DNA of 64,000 nucleotides, from assembly GCF_004010195.1 (NCBI RefSeq), contig NC_057718.1:45806322-45870321 (forward strand), written 5' to 3'. The translations under genes and the position numbers were made by a program. Origin of the DNA: Chiloscyllium plagiosum (taxonomy: Eukaryota). The notes under the pieces are model-generated. The model searched no databases. It was not told the origin of the DNA and saw nothing but the letters and a program-made list of their open reading frames with translations. Of the stretch, positions 37,653-50,840 are shown piece after piece (the first letter of the stretch is position 1; each line of letters starts with the position of its first letter).

Positions 37653-39787
37653 ATACACAAAATTGAAAGACCTCTGTCTGATACCTGCTTCTAGGGTCCA
37701 ACAGTCAGAACTCCCAAATCCAGCAGAAGATCTCTGGACTCTGAAAAAAGGCACCCTGACAAAAGATCTTGGATCTCTTGCCAGCTTACCCCAACACCTG
37801 GCTCTTGGCCCGCCTACTTCTGGACCTCGCCCCCACCCAGTCCATGACCCCAGCCCTTGTTCCTCAGATTTTTGCTCCTGGCCCTAGCACCAAATCACAA
37901 TGCCCTAACCCCACCCCCTCACTTATGAGACCATTAGGAGCAAGTGTAGGAGATAATCAGCCTGTGATTGGAAAAAAAGCTTCTCAACATTTCCATCCAA
38001 TCTATTTATGAGGATACCTTTGGTTGCCCCTATGTCCAAATTTCACAGGTGATTGAGACTTTGGAAGCATGCCAGATCCACTGGCCCTCCCCATTTATTT
38101 GGAGCATTGATAGTGTCAGTGACCTTCATTATACAACAGTGGACAGTGAATTGGGAAGTGCTGGAGATTTGTTTGCTTCAACTTGAAAGCAGCCAGATTC
38201 AAAATTGTTCATGGCCACAATAAACTTGACTGCTACAGGTAAATCTGTGCTGACTATCATCATAACAATTACTCTACATATTTCTGGCGTACTCTCCCTT
38301 CTACATTGAAAACCATGGGGTCTGTGGTGACTTTCATCAGAACACTCTTAGTGCATACACCATTTTCAACCTTAAACAGTACTTGTAACACTGAAAATAT
38401 AGGCATGACCAAATTTTGCTACTTCTTATTGATTTCCAAACATCACTCTAGATTATGCATTAAAAGAATAAAAATGAATGAGTTGGACTAATATCGGTGA
38501 AGTGCATTCCTCTGTTATCCCACACTATCAACTGTGCAATCGCTGTTTAATGGAAGTACAAAACAGATCTAATTTGTTTAGATAATTTACTTAAATCAAC
38601 TTAATTAAATTGAATTACAATTAACTACATTTTTGAAAACAAGAGGTATGCTTAAATTATTTTTAATGTATTCATACACACATTCCCTGATATAATGTGT
38701 CGAACAGTCAGGACTGACTCCACTGAGTCATTGGCTTTTAAAGCAGAAACAGTGGTTGAAATAAGAATGAAGAGATGTGACTGCATTTTACTTCATATAA
38801 TTAAATAACCCAGATTAAATGGACTAAATGTACTCATCTAAAATCTAATTTTTGAGATAAAGCAGATAAATGTGACCATGTGATATCTAGTTTTTATTGC
38901 AGTGTGATTATGTGATTGGAAATACTTTCACTTTGCTGATTATTACCATAAATCTGATGTATTTCTCGACCTCTCAGTACAATTGTCACAGTTATGACCT
39001 TTTGTGTAAAATTGCAGTAATAAATGAAATGCCTCTATGAAGATTCCACCAAACCTGACACTCTGGGGAAAGAATTACTCTGGTTATTATGTGCAGTGAC
39101 ATTGTAAATGTATTTTAAAAATAGCATTTACAATATATTTCCATGCAAAAGACATAATTCTGTGTAAAGTACATTTACATATAAAGCAACAGATATTCTG
39201 AATCAAAATGGTCAATGAAGTTTCTAGTTCTTATGGATTAATATTGCTCATATTTATCTGAAGTTGGAATAATTTTATGTGACATAAGTTTGAAGTATTT
39301 TTCTTGTTTTTAATAATCCAACAAAATTAAATTGTGTTGTTTACTTGGGAATTATGAGTATGTCGCTGATGATCCCTTTGTTTGGGATTCATCAGGAGGA
39401 AGAAATCAAAAGTGCGTTTTAGGAACCAGACAAGCGTACCTGAATATGACTTGAGAAACCTACATAATAGATATTATAATATCAGTGGGAGGCCATCACA
39501 GAAAATGCACACACTAGAAATCAAGCCTGGAAACTATTTTCAAAACTGAAATAACTCTGTCGGTAATCATGAAAGTAACTACCCTTTACACCACTCTGTC
39601 CCAGTATGAAACGGCAACAGGTGTTCTGCCAAAGTTCTACCTAGTTCTAGTCCTGATCACTGCTTTGGTCCAAATACGAACAAGTCAGAGTTGAACCCTA
39701 AGAATGAGGCAAGAGCAATTGCTTTTGACATCAAAGTGAAATTTGACCTTGTCTGACATCAGTGTTAGAAATTCAGGTTACTTCAAG

Positions 39788-40550
39788 TGGTCCATGTGGG
39801 ATAAGTTGAATGTTTGGTTAGGTCTGAGAAGGAGATGTGGTTGTAGTAGCAGGTCTGCTTCCGAACATGGTTGAAGAGTTTCAGGGCAGAGGAGATGACC
39901 TGGGGGAGTGGGGACAGGGCACGGTGCAGTGAGAGAGAGACTCACTGAGATCCTTGTGGAGGAAGGAGGAGAACTTCTTCAGGGTGGCTGTCCATGGAAG
40001 AGGCTTTGCAGTAAAGTTACAGCAACTAGGAGAAAGTGAGGACTGCAGATGCTGGAGATCAGAGTCAAGCAGTGTGTCATTCCTGATGAAGGGTTTATGC
40101 CCAAAATGTCGACTATCCTGCTTCTCGGATGCTGCCAGGCCTGCTGTGCTTTTCCAGTGCCACACTTTTCGACTCTGATCTCCAGCATCTGCAGTCCTCA
40201 GTTTTTACTATTTGCTGTAACCTTACTGCAAAGCCTCTTCCAAGAATGCCCACCTTGAAGAAGCTCTCCTCTCTCTACAAGGATCTCAGTGAGTCTTTCT
40301 CTCACTGCATCCCCCCCCAGGTCATTTCCTCTGCCCTGAACCTCTTCAACCACATCCTGAAGCAGACCTGCTACTACAGCCAGACTAGACTACATTCTGA
40401 CTCTAGACTACATTCAGACAACATTCCTGATGAAGGACTATACCCAAAATGTTGATTCTCCTGCTCCTCGAATGCTGCTTGACCTACTGTGTTTTTCTAG
40501 TACCACACTTTGAGACTCTGATATCCAGCATCTGCAGTCCTCACTTTCTC
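39788..40550. mobile_element. Complex Penelope insertion (family B) with partial-tandem and inverted terminal repeats
   Basis: Perfect 14-bp TSD caggttacttcaag (39774-87, 40551-64). Inverted arms at about 39843-40069 and 40169-40377. Two hammerhead-like ctgatga cores (40083, 40427). Inserted at the end of a LINE RT fragment (about 39560-39773). Confidence 0.85.
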
Positions 40551-40693
40551 CAGGTTACTTCAAGGGGCAATCAGAAATAGAGTTAACATTTCAAGTCCAA
40601 TATAACCTCTTTTCAGATGTTTTCCTCCTTTTTCACATCACTATATGATATCTATAACAACAACAATGCACATTTATAGAGAACTTATATTTA

Positions 40694-40866
40694 CAGAGCA
40701 ACCTCGATTATCCGGCATTCAACTGTCCAAATTTCAGATTATCCGGTGAGATGCAAGGTGCCAATGCTTGGCTAAACTATATTATCCAGCGTTTGATTAT
40801 CCGGCATCTGATTAACCAAACAAAATACTCCCCGCCCGTGTCTTTCGGATAATCAAGATTCCTCTA
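40694..40866. mobile_element. Tigger-like MITE
   Basis: TA-cagagcaacctcgattatccg ... cggataatcaagattcctcta imperfect TIRs; internal gattatccgg repeats. Confidence 0.75.
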
Positions 40867-41356
40867 TTTATTAATCAACTGGTTCAGAGATATTATGAAA
40901 CAACTCTGGAACAGGTGGGTCTTGAAACCTAACTCCGAGGTTCAGATGTAGGGATACTATCATTGTACCAAAAGAATCCCAAGGGTCAAACAAAACAGCC
41001 TCAGAGTTGATTGAGAGCATATGATGCTCATTGGGCTTTCTATTTAGTCCAGGCAGCTGGCCATGCAGAGGTTCATAGTTCATGATTCCCAACTGCCTGC
41101 CCCTCTTCTATGACTATGTTTGTGCCATTGTACTGCGAGAGGGACCTTGATGTGTCCACCAACACTTTTGATGCTTTTAAAGAGAGGTGGGTACTCTATT
41201 TGAATTTTGCCCTCCCTCTCTCCTTACCTTTTGTTGCACTGACCCAATGGATTGTGCTTGTAAACTGGTTATTTAATTAGAGATATGGTGGATTTGTTTG
41301 TGATAAAAAAATGTTTGAAGGGGTATAATGAATCTCTGGATAGAGAAAATGAAGAG

Positions 41357-42830
41357 GTAGTATCCTACCTCTGAGCCTGGGGTTCCAGGTTCAAGTGCCA
41401 CCTCTTCTAGAGATGTGTCATAACATGTCTGAACAGGTTGACTGAAAGCCTCTGTTGTGGTAATGATGTCTCACCTTGCTAAGCTCTTAAACGGCTCTTG
41501 TGGTGCAATGGTACTGCCCTATCTCTGATCAAGGAAGCCTAATTTCATGTCCCACCTATGCCAAAAGTGTGTATTAACATCTCTGACCAGTTTGATTTGA
41601 AAATATTGAGGAAAATACAAATGGGCTCTGAAGGGGCTCTTGAGGCACAGTGGTAGTGTCCCCACCTCCAGAGAAGGAGGTTTTAAGTGCCACCTGCTTT
41701 GGATGCTTTTCGCCATTTATATAAATGATTTGAATGCGAACATAGGAAGTATGGTTAGTAAGTTTGTGGATAACACCAAAATTGGAGGTGTAATGGACAG
41801 CGAAGAATGGACCTCAGAATATAATGGGATCATGATCAGATGGGCTAATGGACCAAGGAAAGCAGGTAGATTTTAATTTAGATGAATGTGAGGTGCTGCA
41901 TTTTGGAAAGGCAAATCAGGGCAGATCTTATACACCTAATGGTAAGGTTCTGGGGAGTGTTGCTGAACAAAGAGACATTGGAGTGCAGGTTCATAGCCCC
42001 TTGAAAGTGGAGTCGCAGGTAGATAGGCTAGTGAAGAAGGCAGTTAATATGCTTTCCTTTATGGTCAAAGCATTGAGTATTGGAGTTGGGAGGTCTTATT
42101 GCGGTTTTACAGGACTTTGGTGAGGTTACTTTTAGAATACTGTGTGCAATTCTGGTCTCCCTCCTATCAGAAGGATGTTGTGAAACTTGAAAGCATTCAG
42201 AAAGATTTACAAGGATGTTGTCAGTGTTGGAGGGTTTGTGATATAGGGAGAGGATGAGGCTATTTACCCTGGAGTGTCAGAGGCTGAGGTGTCACCTTAT
42301 AGAGGTTTATAAAATCATGAGGTGGCATGGATAGGGTAAATAGACAAGGTCTTTTCCCCAGGTTACGGGAGTCCAAAACTAGAGGGCATAGGTTTAGGGT
42401 GAGAGGCAAAACATTTAAAAGGGACCTAAGGGACAACTTTTTCCCGCAGAGTGATGGGTGTATGTAATGACTTGCCAGAAGAACTGGTGGAGGTTGGTAC
42501 AATTGCAACATTTAAAAGGCATCTGGATGGGTATCTGAATAGCAGGGGCTTAGACGGATATGGGTCAAGTGTTGGCAAATGGGACTAGATTAGTTTAGGC
42601 TTTTGGTCTGCATGAATGAGTTGGCCCAAAGGGTTTGCTTCTGTGCTGTACATCTCAATGACTCTATGAGTCTATGTGTGTCATGACATGTCTGCAGTAG
42701 TTGATTGGAAATAATGAGACACAGTTCTTGTAGTACAGTGGTAATGTTCCTAAATCTGAGTCAAAGGCCTGGGTAAAGTCCCACCAGATCCAGAAGTATT
42801 TCATATTGCATCTGAACAGATGGATTTCAG
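41357..42830 (+). mobile_element. Cluster of short tRNA-derived SINE units (about 41357, 41492, 41632, 42723)
   Basis: Repeated units (tg)gtagtgtccctacctctgag...ggttcaagt(c/g)ccacct...gtgtgtcataacat...gaacaggttga. The third unit is split by a CR1. Confidence 0.7.
41703..42674 (+). mobile_element. CR1 (HER1-like) LINE 3' part
   Basis: Frames FAIYINDL...SKFVDNTKIGG and FNLDECEVLHFGKANQGR; tail gactctatgagtctat. Confidence 0.92.
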
Positions 42831-45800
42831 GAAAAAAACTGGTTCTTCTGCCCTTGATTGACAGTGTTTGCTAACTGGATAATTTGTAAAGTAGGTGGTG
42901 GGTTTATTTTATAAGGAATAATGGGTTCTTGCCTTGAAACATTTGGGGATAGGTGAGCACCATGAGGGCTAGGGTTCATTAGCTCCCCACCAACACCACT
43001 TTGATTTCAAAGTTTGTTTATATCATATGTAACTGATCAATTAGATTGAGTTAATTTGATTGTGGGTTTATTTATAAAATAATCAGTGTTTGTAACTGTT
43101 TAATTGGATGATTTGTTAATTTGGTGGTAGATTTATATACGTAAAAAAGCTGAGTTCTTTCTCAGTGTAATGTAGGTTTTTGGACAGGCAAAGTGTCCAG
43201 AAAAGAATGATAGAAACCGGTGTTTGTGCTAAACTATCAATTTACCATAAAGCTCTTGTAAATCTCTGAAAATCTTTTGCTGACTAATTCAACATACGGA
43301 TATCGGTATGTTAAACATATGACACTAAACTGATCTCCATACTCCATCCAGATGCAGCAAAATATATAGGCTGATACCCAGCGCTTTCACTCTTAAAATA
43401 TTACAATCCTCTCTATCCTGCCCCTCAGACCTTTCCTTGTTGCAGGATGTTAAGCCTAAAATTCATCATCCCTTTTCCAGTAAGCTGTGATACCATATTG
43501 GAGTTGAAATGGGCAGCTCTTCAGTTCTTGTTACATAAGGCCTGGGCTTCAGATTGACCCCATTCTATAGTTGCTCATGAAATGGGTAGGCAATTGGCTG
43601 CTAAAATATTAAAAATCTAACCCTATTTGCTTCTTTGCATCTTTAAAGCTTTATTCTGGTGCATTTTACATTTTTATTTGCTCATTTACACATTCTGTCT
43701 ACTACATTTTGAAGATCTTTGGAGGTTCTTTAGATTTGACTACCAGTGAATGGAGTATCATCTTTGACTTTGACCAGTTTGCATGACTGTCTGAATGAAA
43801 GCTGGTTTGTCGAAGTTAGAAGTGTTAGGGGCCCATTCTTAAAGCATGTCAATCAGAATTTTATCTTAGTAAGTTTTTTCATGTTTATGCTGGTTTACTT
43901 TAAGAAGAACAATATCTATGAGATAGCTGCTTAAATCCACATTAATAAATCTGGTCCCCTTAAACTGACTGCATAACTGTAGACTGAAGAAACTGCTGAT
44001 CTTCAGTTCTGCCACTAAAATAGGGAACCAGCTTTCACAATGTAAACACAGGAGCTGGTGTATTGATATCACTATTCTGCGATTCATTAGAGACGCTGAG
44101 TGTAAATGTCTTTAGTAAAGAGGTGTTGGAAGTTACTCTGAGGTAACATCAAAAATAAAATAAATATTTGAATGCACATGCTCTGCCTGCACTTTTTTGT
44201 CAGCCCATGTAGACTCTTTTCTGTGGTGTGAACAAGACAGTAGAACTTGATTATGCTTAATTGCACTACTGTCAAACTCAATTAAATTCACTTGGACTCA
44301 CTTCATTTATGATCCCTGATGGCATAAAGAAGACATTTTCATCCCATCAATTTATATTGTCTTTCAAGTAAAGGTCTCTAGCCTACTATCATAAATAATT
44401 TACTACATATTTTTAGTTTTGTTGAATTTTCTATTTGACTACTGTAGAAGATCAGATTATCTTTAGTATATTCCAAAAATGGAAAGAGCTCAGAAAGTTT
44501 CTCATGTCATTATGAAAGTTAACTGTTAATCCCGCGTGACAACATGACATCTGGACTTCTGAGATTTCAATTCATGGAAATATTTAGACCTTCATTTTTC
44601 ACTACATTGAAACGGGAAAAGTTCAGTTTTACAATTTATTCTATGTGGCGAAGTATTATGATCTCTGAATTCAGTGGTTTCTTATGTCTATTTCTTAATG
44701 ATTTCTTACATTTTTTGTAAAATATTTACACTGTTTACATTCTGATGGTGCTTACAAGAAAGCTGCTTGTTTTTATATTTTTGTGCAAATTAAAAATGAC
44801 ATGCCATTAATCATCTACTGTCTTTTTGAGGGATTTCCAGATATAGCTTAAGTGGGCAGTACACATAATAACATAATTATGGGTAATAAAATGACGCAGC
44901 AGCAGGAGCTCAGCTCATAACTCCTTTTCTTTTCCATTCACACCCACGATGATCCACAGCTATATTTAGGTATTCTTTACACAATACATGTTATCATGGG
45001 CTTTAGTGTATTTGGTACATGTTAAAAGAAGAGCATTTCTCAATTGCAACGATAAAAATGAGACAGTTAATTTAGATAGTTATTAGTGACAATACATTGT
45101 TAAGTCAACAAATGTACATGTTTTGCATTAATATTTTTAAATAGAGTAACGTTTGTTAAATTTAAAATTCCCAGTATTTGTCGTACAGCATTATTTGGAA
45201 ATCTAACACATCTATAGCTATCAGTTCAGATTGTCCTCAGTGGTGTACTCCTGGATCATAAATGTTTTGGGCTTGTACAAATTCTTCTATTACTGCCATG
45301 AACAGAAGGTTTGTGGCTACAACAGCATTTGGCACATAATTCCCTCTGTAACGCTACAGAATTAGGTCAAAGGCTATGGGCCTTTCTTTTATCCTGGCAG
45401 ATTTTAGGTTCAGTCTGCACTTAAAATGGGTTTTGGTGGAAAACTAAATAAGTTACATCTTATGAAACCTGGCCCTCATGAAATGTGTGAGAACAGTATG
45501 TTTTTTACATAGGTTTACCTCAAATTAGACATCAGCAATAGCAGAATCTAAATCTGTACAATTTTTTTTTGACATTGTTAACAAAATAGTAAAGTGATGA
45601 ACATGTTGTATACTTGCACCACAGAAATGCACTTAAGATTCATTATACGGCAAGGAGGCAAATCCAGTTAGAGTTGTGCTTGCATTGAGAAGAGTGGTGG
45701 CTTATTCAGATACAGTTGTTCAGAAAAAACCTCTGCCCTTTATTTCTCTGGGTTGACAATTTAACACAACAGAATTTTAAACTTGCTATTCAGAAGTAAT

Positions 45801-46717
45801 TTAGCACTGGAAAGGTCAACCTTATTTACTTTTGAACTTTATATGAAATAAATTTTGAATATTTAAACATAAAAATTCATTGCTAATGTTTTTGGCAATC
45901 ATTTCTTTTCACATTTCTTCTTCTGAAGTTACGTCAAATGAAATGTTATCTTATTATTTTGTTGTGTTTTAAATAGCATTTTTAACTTCAATGAAATATT
46001 TTTCTTAAAGTTTGGAGCACCACTCTGGTCTTACTAGGTTAGGTCTGATGTTGAACTTCAAAGTAGTTATTTTATTCCTTTCGTGATTATCCATAGCACC
46101 TCCAATAATATGGCACACATACCTAAGGGAAGCCACATTAATAAAACAAATAGAAAGGATCACCATAAAAAGAAAAACAAAGGTTTAAGATTGAAGAGGA
46201 AAAGGCAGTGAGAACTACAGGGCAGGCCTGGTCTTTTTCGAAGAGTTGGCACAGGAACATAATTGTGTGGGAGGCATCCTGATGGCAAGTTAAGGGTTTA
46301 AATTCTCAAAACGTTTCAGCTTTCTCAATCTTGGGGACTTCTTTTGGATTCATTAGCATGCCTTGAATATTTGAATACTCATTAACACTCCAACCTATTG
46401 GAGTTATATTCATAGGTACAATTTTTTTGGCAAATACGTGAAGTGTGTTTTTGAGAACCCAGTTATATATGTGAGGCATAAACCTGACCGAATAGCCTTC
46501 TTCCTTCAAGCTTTGGTGAATACAAATTTCTTCCATTTCTTGGCCCTTTCATATACCTGTACAAGTATTTTATTTCTACAATGTGAAAGGTGAAATCTCT
46601 CTATGCCTATGAGAAGCTTCAGTCATACACATTCTTACTTGTTGTTCTTAATTGCTTAAAGTGTATGGGATAAATCCTTACAAGGTCAACCAATGCATAA
46701 GGAGTCCCAGTTGAATG

Positions 46718-46907
46718 TGAACAAAATAAAGAACTGCAGATGCTGGAGATCTGAAACAAGAACAGATATTGTTGGCGAAACTCAGGAGGTCTGGCAGCAT
46801 CTGGTTCTGCTGAAATGTCACCAGACATGAAATGTTAACTCTGCTTTCTTCCCACAGATGCTGCCAGACCTGCTGAGTTTTACCAGCAATTTCTGTTTTT
46901 GTTTCAG
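46718..46907. mobile_element. Palindromic Penelope-derived element (family C)
   Basis: Inverted arms around gtt-ctgctga-a-atgtc acca gacat-gaaa-tgtt-aac (46804-46839). Confidence 0.8.
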
Positions 46908-47199
46908 TCATAAACGGTCGAGCTTATATTTTTTAAACTTTACAGTGCAAGGGGTGAAATTTGACTGGACATATTCTGCCAAAGAAAGGCAACCACACTA
47001 ACTGAAGACAGCAAACCTGATTGGGACTGAAATAGGGTCTGAAATGAAAACAAATCTTAAACATAATATTGGCTCAATGAAAAGGGGACTCAACAGAAAT
47101 ATGCATAGAATGGTGAGCTGGATGGAAAGGCATGCATGAAACTGGAACTTGAAAGTTGTTGTGGGGGGTACTGAAAGATCCTTGAGCTTTTCTTCATTT

Positions 47200-47445
47200 T
47201 CTAGCCTCAGATCTGCATCAGTGTTCACCTGACCGTGACTCTGAGTGTCCTCAAGATATATTGTGCACTGAGTGAATGTCTCTGTGCTGGTGGAGGGTGA
47301 GGAGGAAGTCGTTGTTCGTGCATCTTTTGAGGCACATGACTGCTCTTCATCAGGGGCATGCTGTAAGGTGCTGGTAGAGATGGGCATAGGGTCTGTGGTT
47401 CTTCTCTTTTGGTCCTGACTTGGGGGAATGGGTTCTGAAGCCTGC
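47200..47445 (-). mobile_element. Possible exon of a Harbinger accessory (Myb-like) gene remnant
   Basis: Strong acceptor (t)11gtgcag on the minus strand followed by a low-complexity frame ...PSTSTETFT. Assignment is by resemblance and proximity only. Confidence 0.3.
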
Positions 47446-48946
47446 ACAAAAAAAAAAATTCATAGTGTTACAAGCTACAAGTTGTAAGAGTTACCCAATA
47501 TTCTGTTAAAACATTGCTGCTTCATGTGCATCTGGAACTAGTTGCTTGGAGGTTTTCTCACAAGATGGCTGTAGATAACCAACCTCTCCTTTAGTGTAGC
47601 CACGATCCCTAACTTTCCTATTAGCACAGCAGTCTGCTCCTGAAAGGTGGTGAGGACTTCTAGGCTGGGCACCTCAACCCTATCCCACCAACTACCACCT
47701 CTATCTGGTTATGTGTGCGCTTATTGTGAATTTCTTTCTTCCCAGAAGGAGAGGCACATTAAGAGACATTATCATGGGTACAAATGCCTTTCCTGCATTA
47801 ACAGATACAAATGGATATGTCAATCCACAGAACTGTGATTGTCCATGTGCATTACCAATAAGAATATTGTGGTATAGGGGATGTCAGGAGTTAAAGGATT
47901 GTAAGGTGGATCAGTATTTTCAAAGAGCTAGATTTGATGCAAACTACTGAAATATTGTATGATATTAATGCCTGAGATACCTGTAAATGTTAATTCCAAA
48001 GCAATGTTTGTGGTTTTGTCCTTGACACATGCAAGCCTTGGCGAAAAACTATCAGCTGTATATGTTATACTAGTTGTGAAGAAAGCTTAGTGACCTGTTG
48101 GTGTGTGAGTTGTTGTAATTCCTTTTCTGTTTTAAGTTGGGCCTGGTAGATGAGTGAGGGGCAGTAGCAGTCTGGTGCTGTATTGGTAGCTGCAATTTAA
48201 TGACAAACATTGATCGCTAAAGGCATCTGACAGAGTTGCTTGATATCCAGTCTTGGATGTGATCGACCTATGCAGTGAGTTTACAATGCTAAAACACTCT
48301 TTTGTGCATGAAGCATTGAGTTAAGAGTGATAAATCCCACGCTGGAGTGCAGAAGATCATGTGTTCTTTTGTGCCACTGAAGCCAAGTTCTCTTGAGCTA
48401 TCCAAGGCCACCGACCTTTATCTCTACTTTGGCCGAGACTGCATTTAACAAATGAGAGGGACTTCTGTTGCCATCCATGGGGAAAAGCCTGTCCATATTC
48501 CCCTGGACAGCCTGTAGGAGAGCCACGTTTCAGGAGTCGCTAAACCATGTTGATGCTTTTTACTAGGTCTCTGACTTCTCTAGGGCTGGGTGGGGGGAAT
48601 GAATGAGGATGAGTGATGCCCCTTGTTTGCAAAGAAAGAAATGCCATCTGAGTGCCTTTTATTGCAGTGGGATATTGGAACCTGGAAGGTCCTGATAGAG
48701 AGCGGGGGCAGACCTTCTCAACCATTAATAAAACTTAGTAATTTACCTGCACATGAAGATGTAATGAGCTAGGACAAACTTAATCACACCAAAAAACCTG
48801 CCTTGCACTGAGTGAAGATACTCTCAGCTTTAAGCTCAGATAAACAGGACTCCACCCACAGATAGAGTAAATTCAGTAATTTAGGAAGTAGGCTTAATGT
48901 TGAACAGAAGTCAGTAATGTGGGTCGAATCTTGTTTTTTCTAGGTT

Positions 48947-49135
48947 GTCATGCACACTGTTTGGGAGAGAATGTGGGCACTGTTTGTGAGGAATGGCAAC
49001 AGAAAGCCATCCCAACTGACAAAGGCAGCCTGGACTGAGGTTGCTATAGAGGTCAGTGCTCATGAGTGGTTGAAGAGAACCTGGCTCCAGTGTCACTAAA
49101 TGTTAAATAACCTGATGTGCTCCGGCAGGGTATGT
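48947..49135 (+). pseudogene. Myb/SANT-like DNA-binding exon of a Harbinger transposon (in-frame stop)
   Basis: Translates ERMWALFVRNGNRKPSQLTKAAWTEVAIEVSAHEWLKRTWLQCH*MLNNLMCSGR, followed by donor gtatgt; W...RT.W.QC pattern of Myb/SANT-like (trihelix) domains. Confidence 0.72.
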
Positions 49136-49899
49136 GCCACTGTTTACTCATATGAACTCAAACGCATAGAAGCATGAAGCGTTGTAAGTTTGCCACTGTA
49201 AAGGACTGTCACAAACAAGCTGGTGTACCGGGCATCTCCATCCCATGCACAAGTATGCACTGAATGTGTTTCAAGTCATTAGAGCCATAATGTTGCACTG
49301 CGTGCACCACTGTGGCACAGGCTGTCATGTGACAGGGTTTAGAGTTAAAACATTAAAAGAGTGACAACACTCAATCAGCTCAGACACTTTCATCTCAACT
49401 TGGAGAAAGTGCACATCTGGTCGGTTTTCACTCAAGTCTTGCATGGGACAAGCTAGTAAAGGTGGCTTTGGTCTGGCCGCCTCAGTCACATACAACATAT
49501 AATGCTTTGTTGATTTTCATCAACTCTAGCAACTTGAAGGCATTAAACCACATTATAATCAAAACCTTTTCATTCCTAACTTCCCTCATATCAAATTCTT
49601 CTGACAGTAAATCACATGGACAGTTACAACTCCTGGGGATTGACATCTCTATCAGTAGCTATCTATGGAGGCAACGTAGTAGGAGATCATTGGAGCAAAG
49701 ATAACAAAATAACTTTTATGAAATGCCAAACAAAGAAGCATAATATTTAAATGCTACAAATGGAACATTGCTCAACAACAGTTGGCTCCTAGCTCTGAAT
49801 GTTCACAATGCTAGTGAAAAGATAATCAATCACAAATCTTGCTGCTATTTGAATTTCTTGGGCCTGTCTGCCACATCTCATAGCTGCCCCAATTCTTTC

Positions 49900-50390
49900 A
49901 GCAGCATCATCACCAGCTTCGTCTCCCACAGAATTTCTATCAGACTCTTTTCTTCCTCATCATATGAGACATGTGGCGGTTCCATCTCCCCCTCTGCAAA
50001 GTTATCATCCCATTGTTGAATTAAGTTCTGCAGAGTGCAACAAACAATCATTATCCAAGCAATATGATACAGCAAGTATTGCAGTGTTCCTCCTGAGCAG
50101 TTCAGACAGTGAAGCTCATCTTCAGTCAACAAATTGTCACTTCTATTAATGCCCAGGTGGATGCATGGGCAGCATTGTAATGTTATTTCACACAAATCTA
50201 GGGATATACACAAGGGTCATTACCTATGCCTTTCGGGGCTATCCTTGTCACTCAGGAACCAACGCTAGAAATGATGTTGTTGAGTGGAGATTGGCAGCTA
50301 GGGGCAAACATTTTCAGCATTAGGAAATTGTTCAGAATATAAACTCATTACAGCTCTCTCCATCGTGGAAGAGCACCTACAGCATTGTCA
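49900..50390 (-). pseudogene. Harbinger (HARBI1-like) DDE transposase C-terminal remnant
   Basis: Frameshifted translation WFLSDKDSP, VMTLV, HYNAAHASTWALIEVTI, LKMSF/CLNCSGGTLQY, IVCCTLQNL matches the Harbinger pattern LLGDKGYP...YN.AH..TR..IE...LK.RFRCL...GG.LQY...CC.LHN. Confidence 0.85.
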
Positions 50391-50529
50391 CAAACAAAGT
50401 GAACATTGAATAAGAAGAATCCCTTCCGGTTTTGCAATCTGACTGGATAATGTCAGGGAGTTATGAGCTCCACAGATGTGCATTTGATAGTTTCTTGGAC
50501 CTGAGTAAACATGGCAATAGCTACTAATC

Positions 50530-50840
50530 TGACAGCTTGGCACCTTTTGATTTTGGATGTATGGTGAACTGCATAAGCTTGTGTCATCAAGTATCTTTAA
50601 CTTGGCACTTCTGGCTGAAGATTGTTGCAAGTGCTTCAGTCTTTTTTTCACTGATGTGTTGGGCTTCCTCATTATTGAGAATGGGGATATTTGTGGAGTC
50701 TCCTCCTCTAATGAATTGTTTAATTATTCATCAGCATTCACAGTTGGATATGATATGATTGCAGAACTTAGATCTGATCCATGAGTTGTGGAATCACTTG
50801 GTATGTATGTCACTTGCTGTTTACACTGTTTAGCGTGGAA
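50530..50840 (-). mobile_element. Second LINE family fragment
   Basis: Similar to 18730-18960 (gctgaagattgttgcaagtgcttcagtc...gatatttgtggag). Confidence 0.6.

Noticed and set aside
37770..37925. C-rich low-complexity tract (possible minus-strand G-quadruplex)
   Set aside because: Irregular runs with no supportable function; likely part of an old repeat.
46618..46914. ttcagtcata repeated about 285 bp apart, suggesting a TSD with about 90 bp of transduced sequence
   Set aside because: The right copy overlaps the element's own tttcag end, so chance cannot be excluded.
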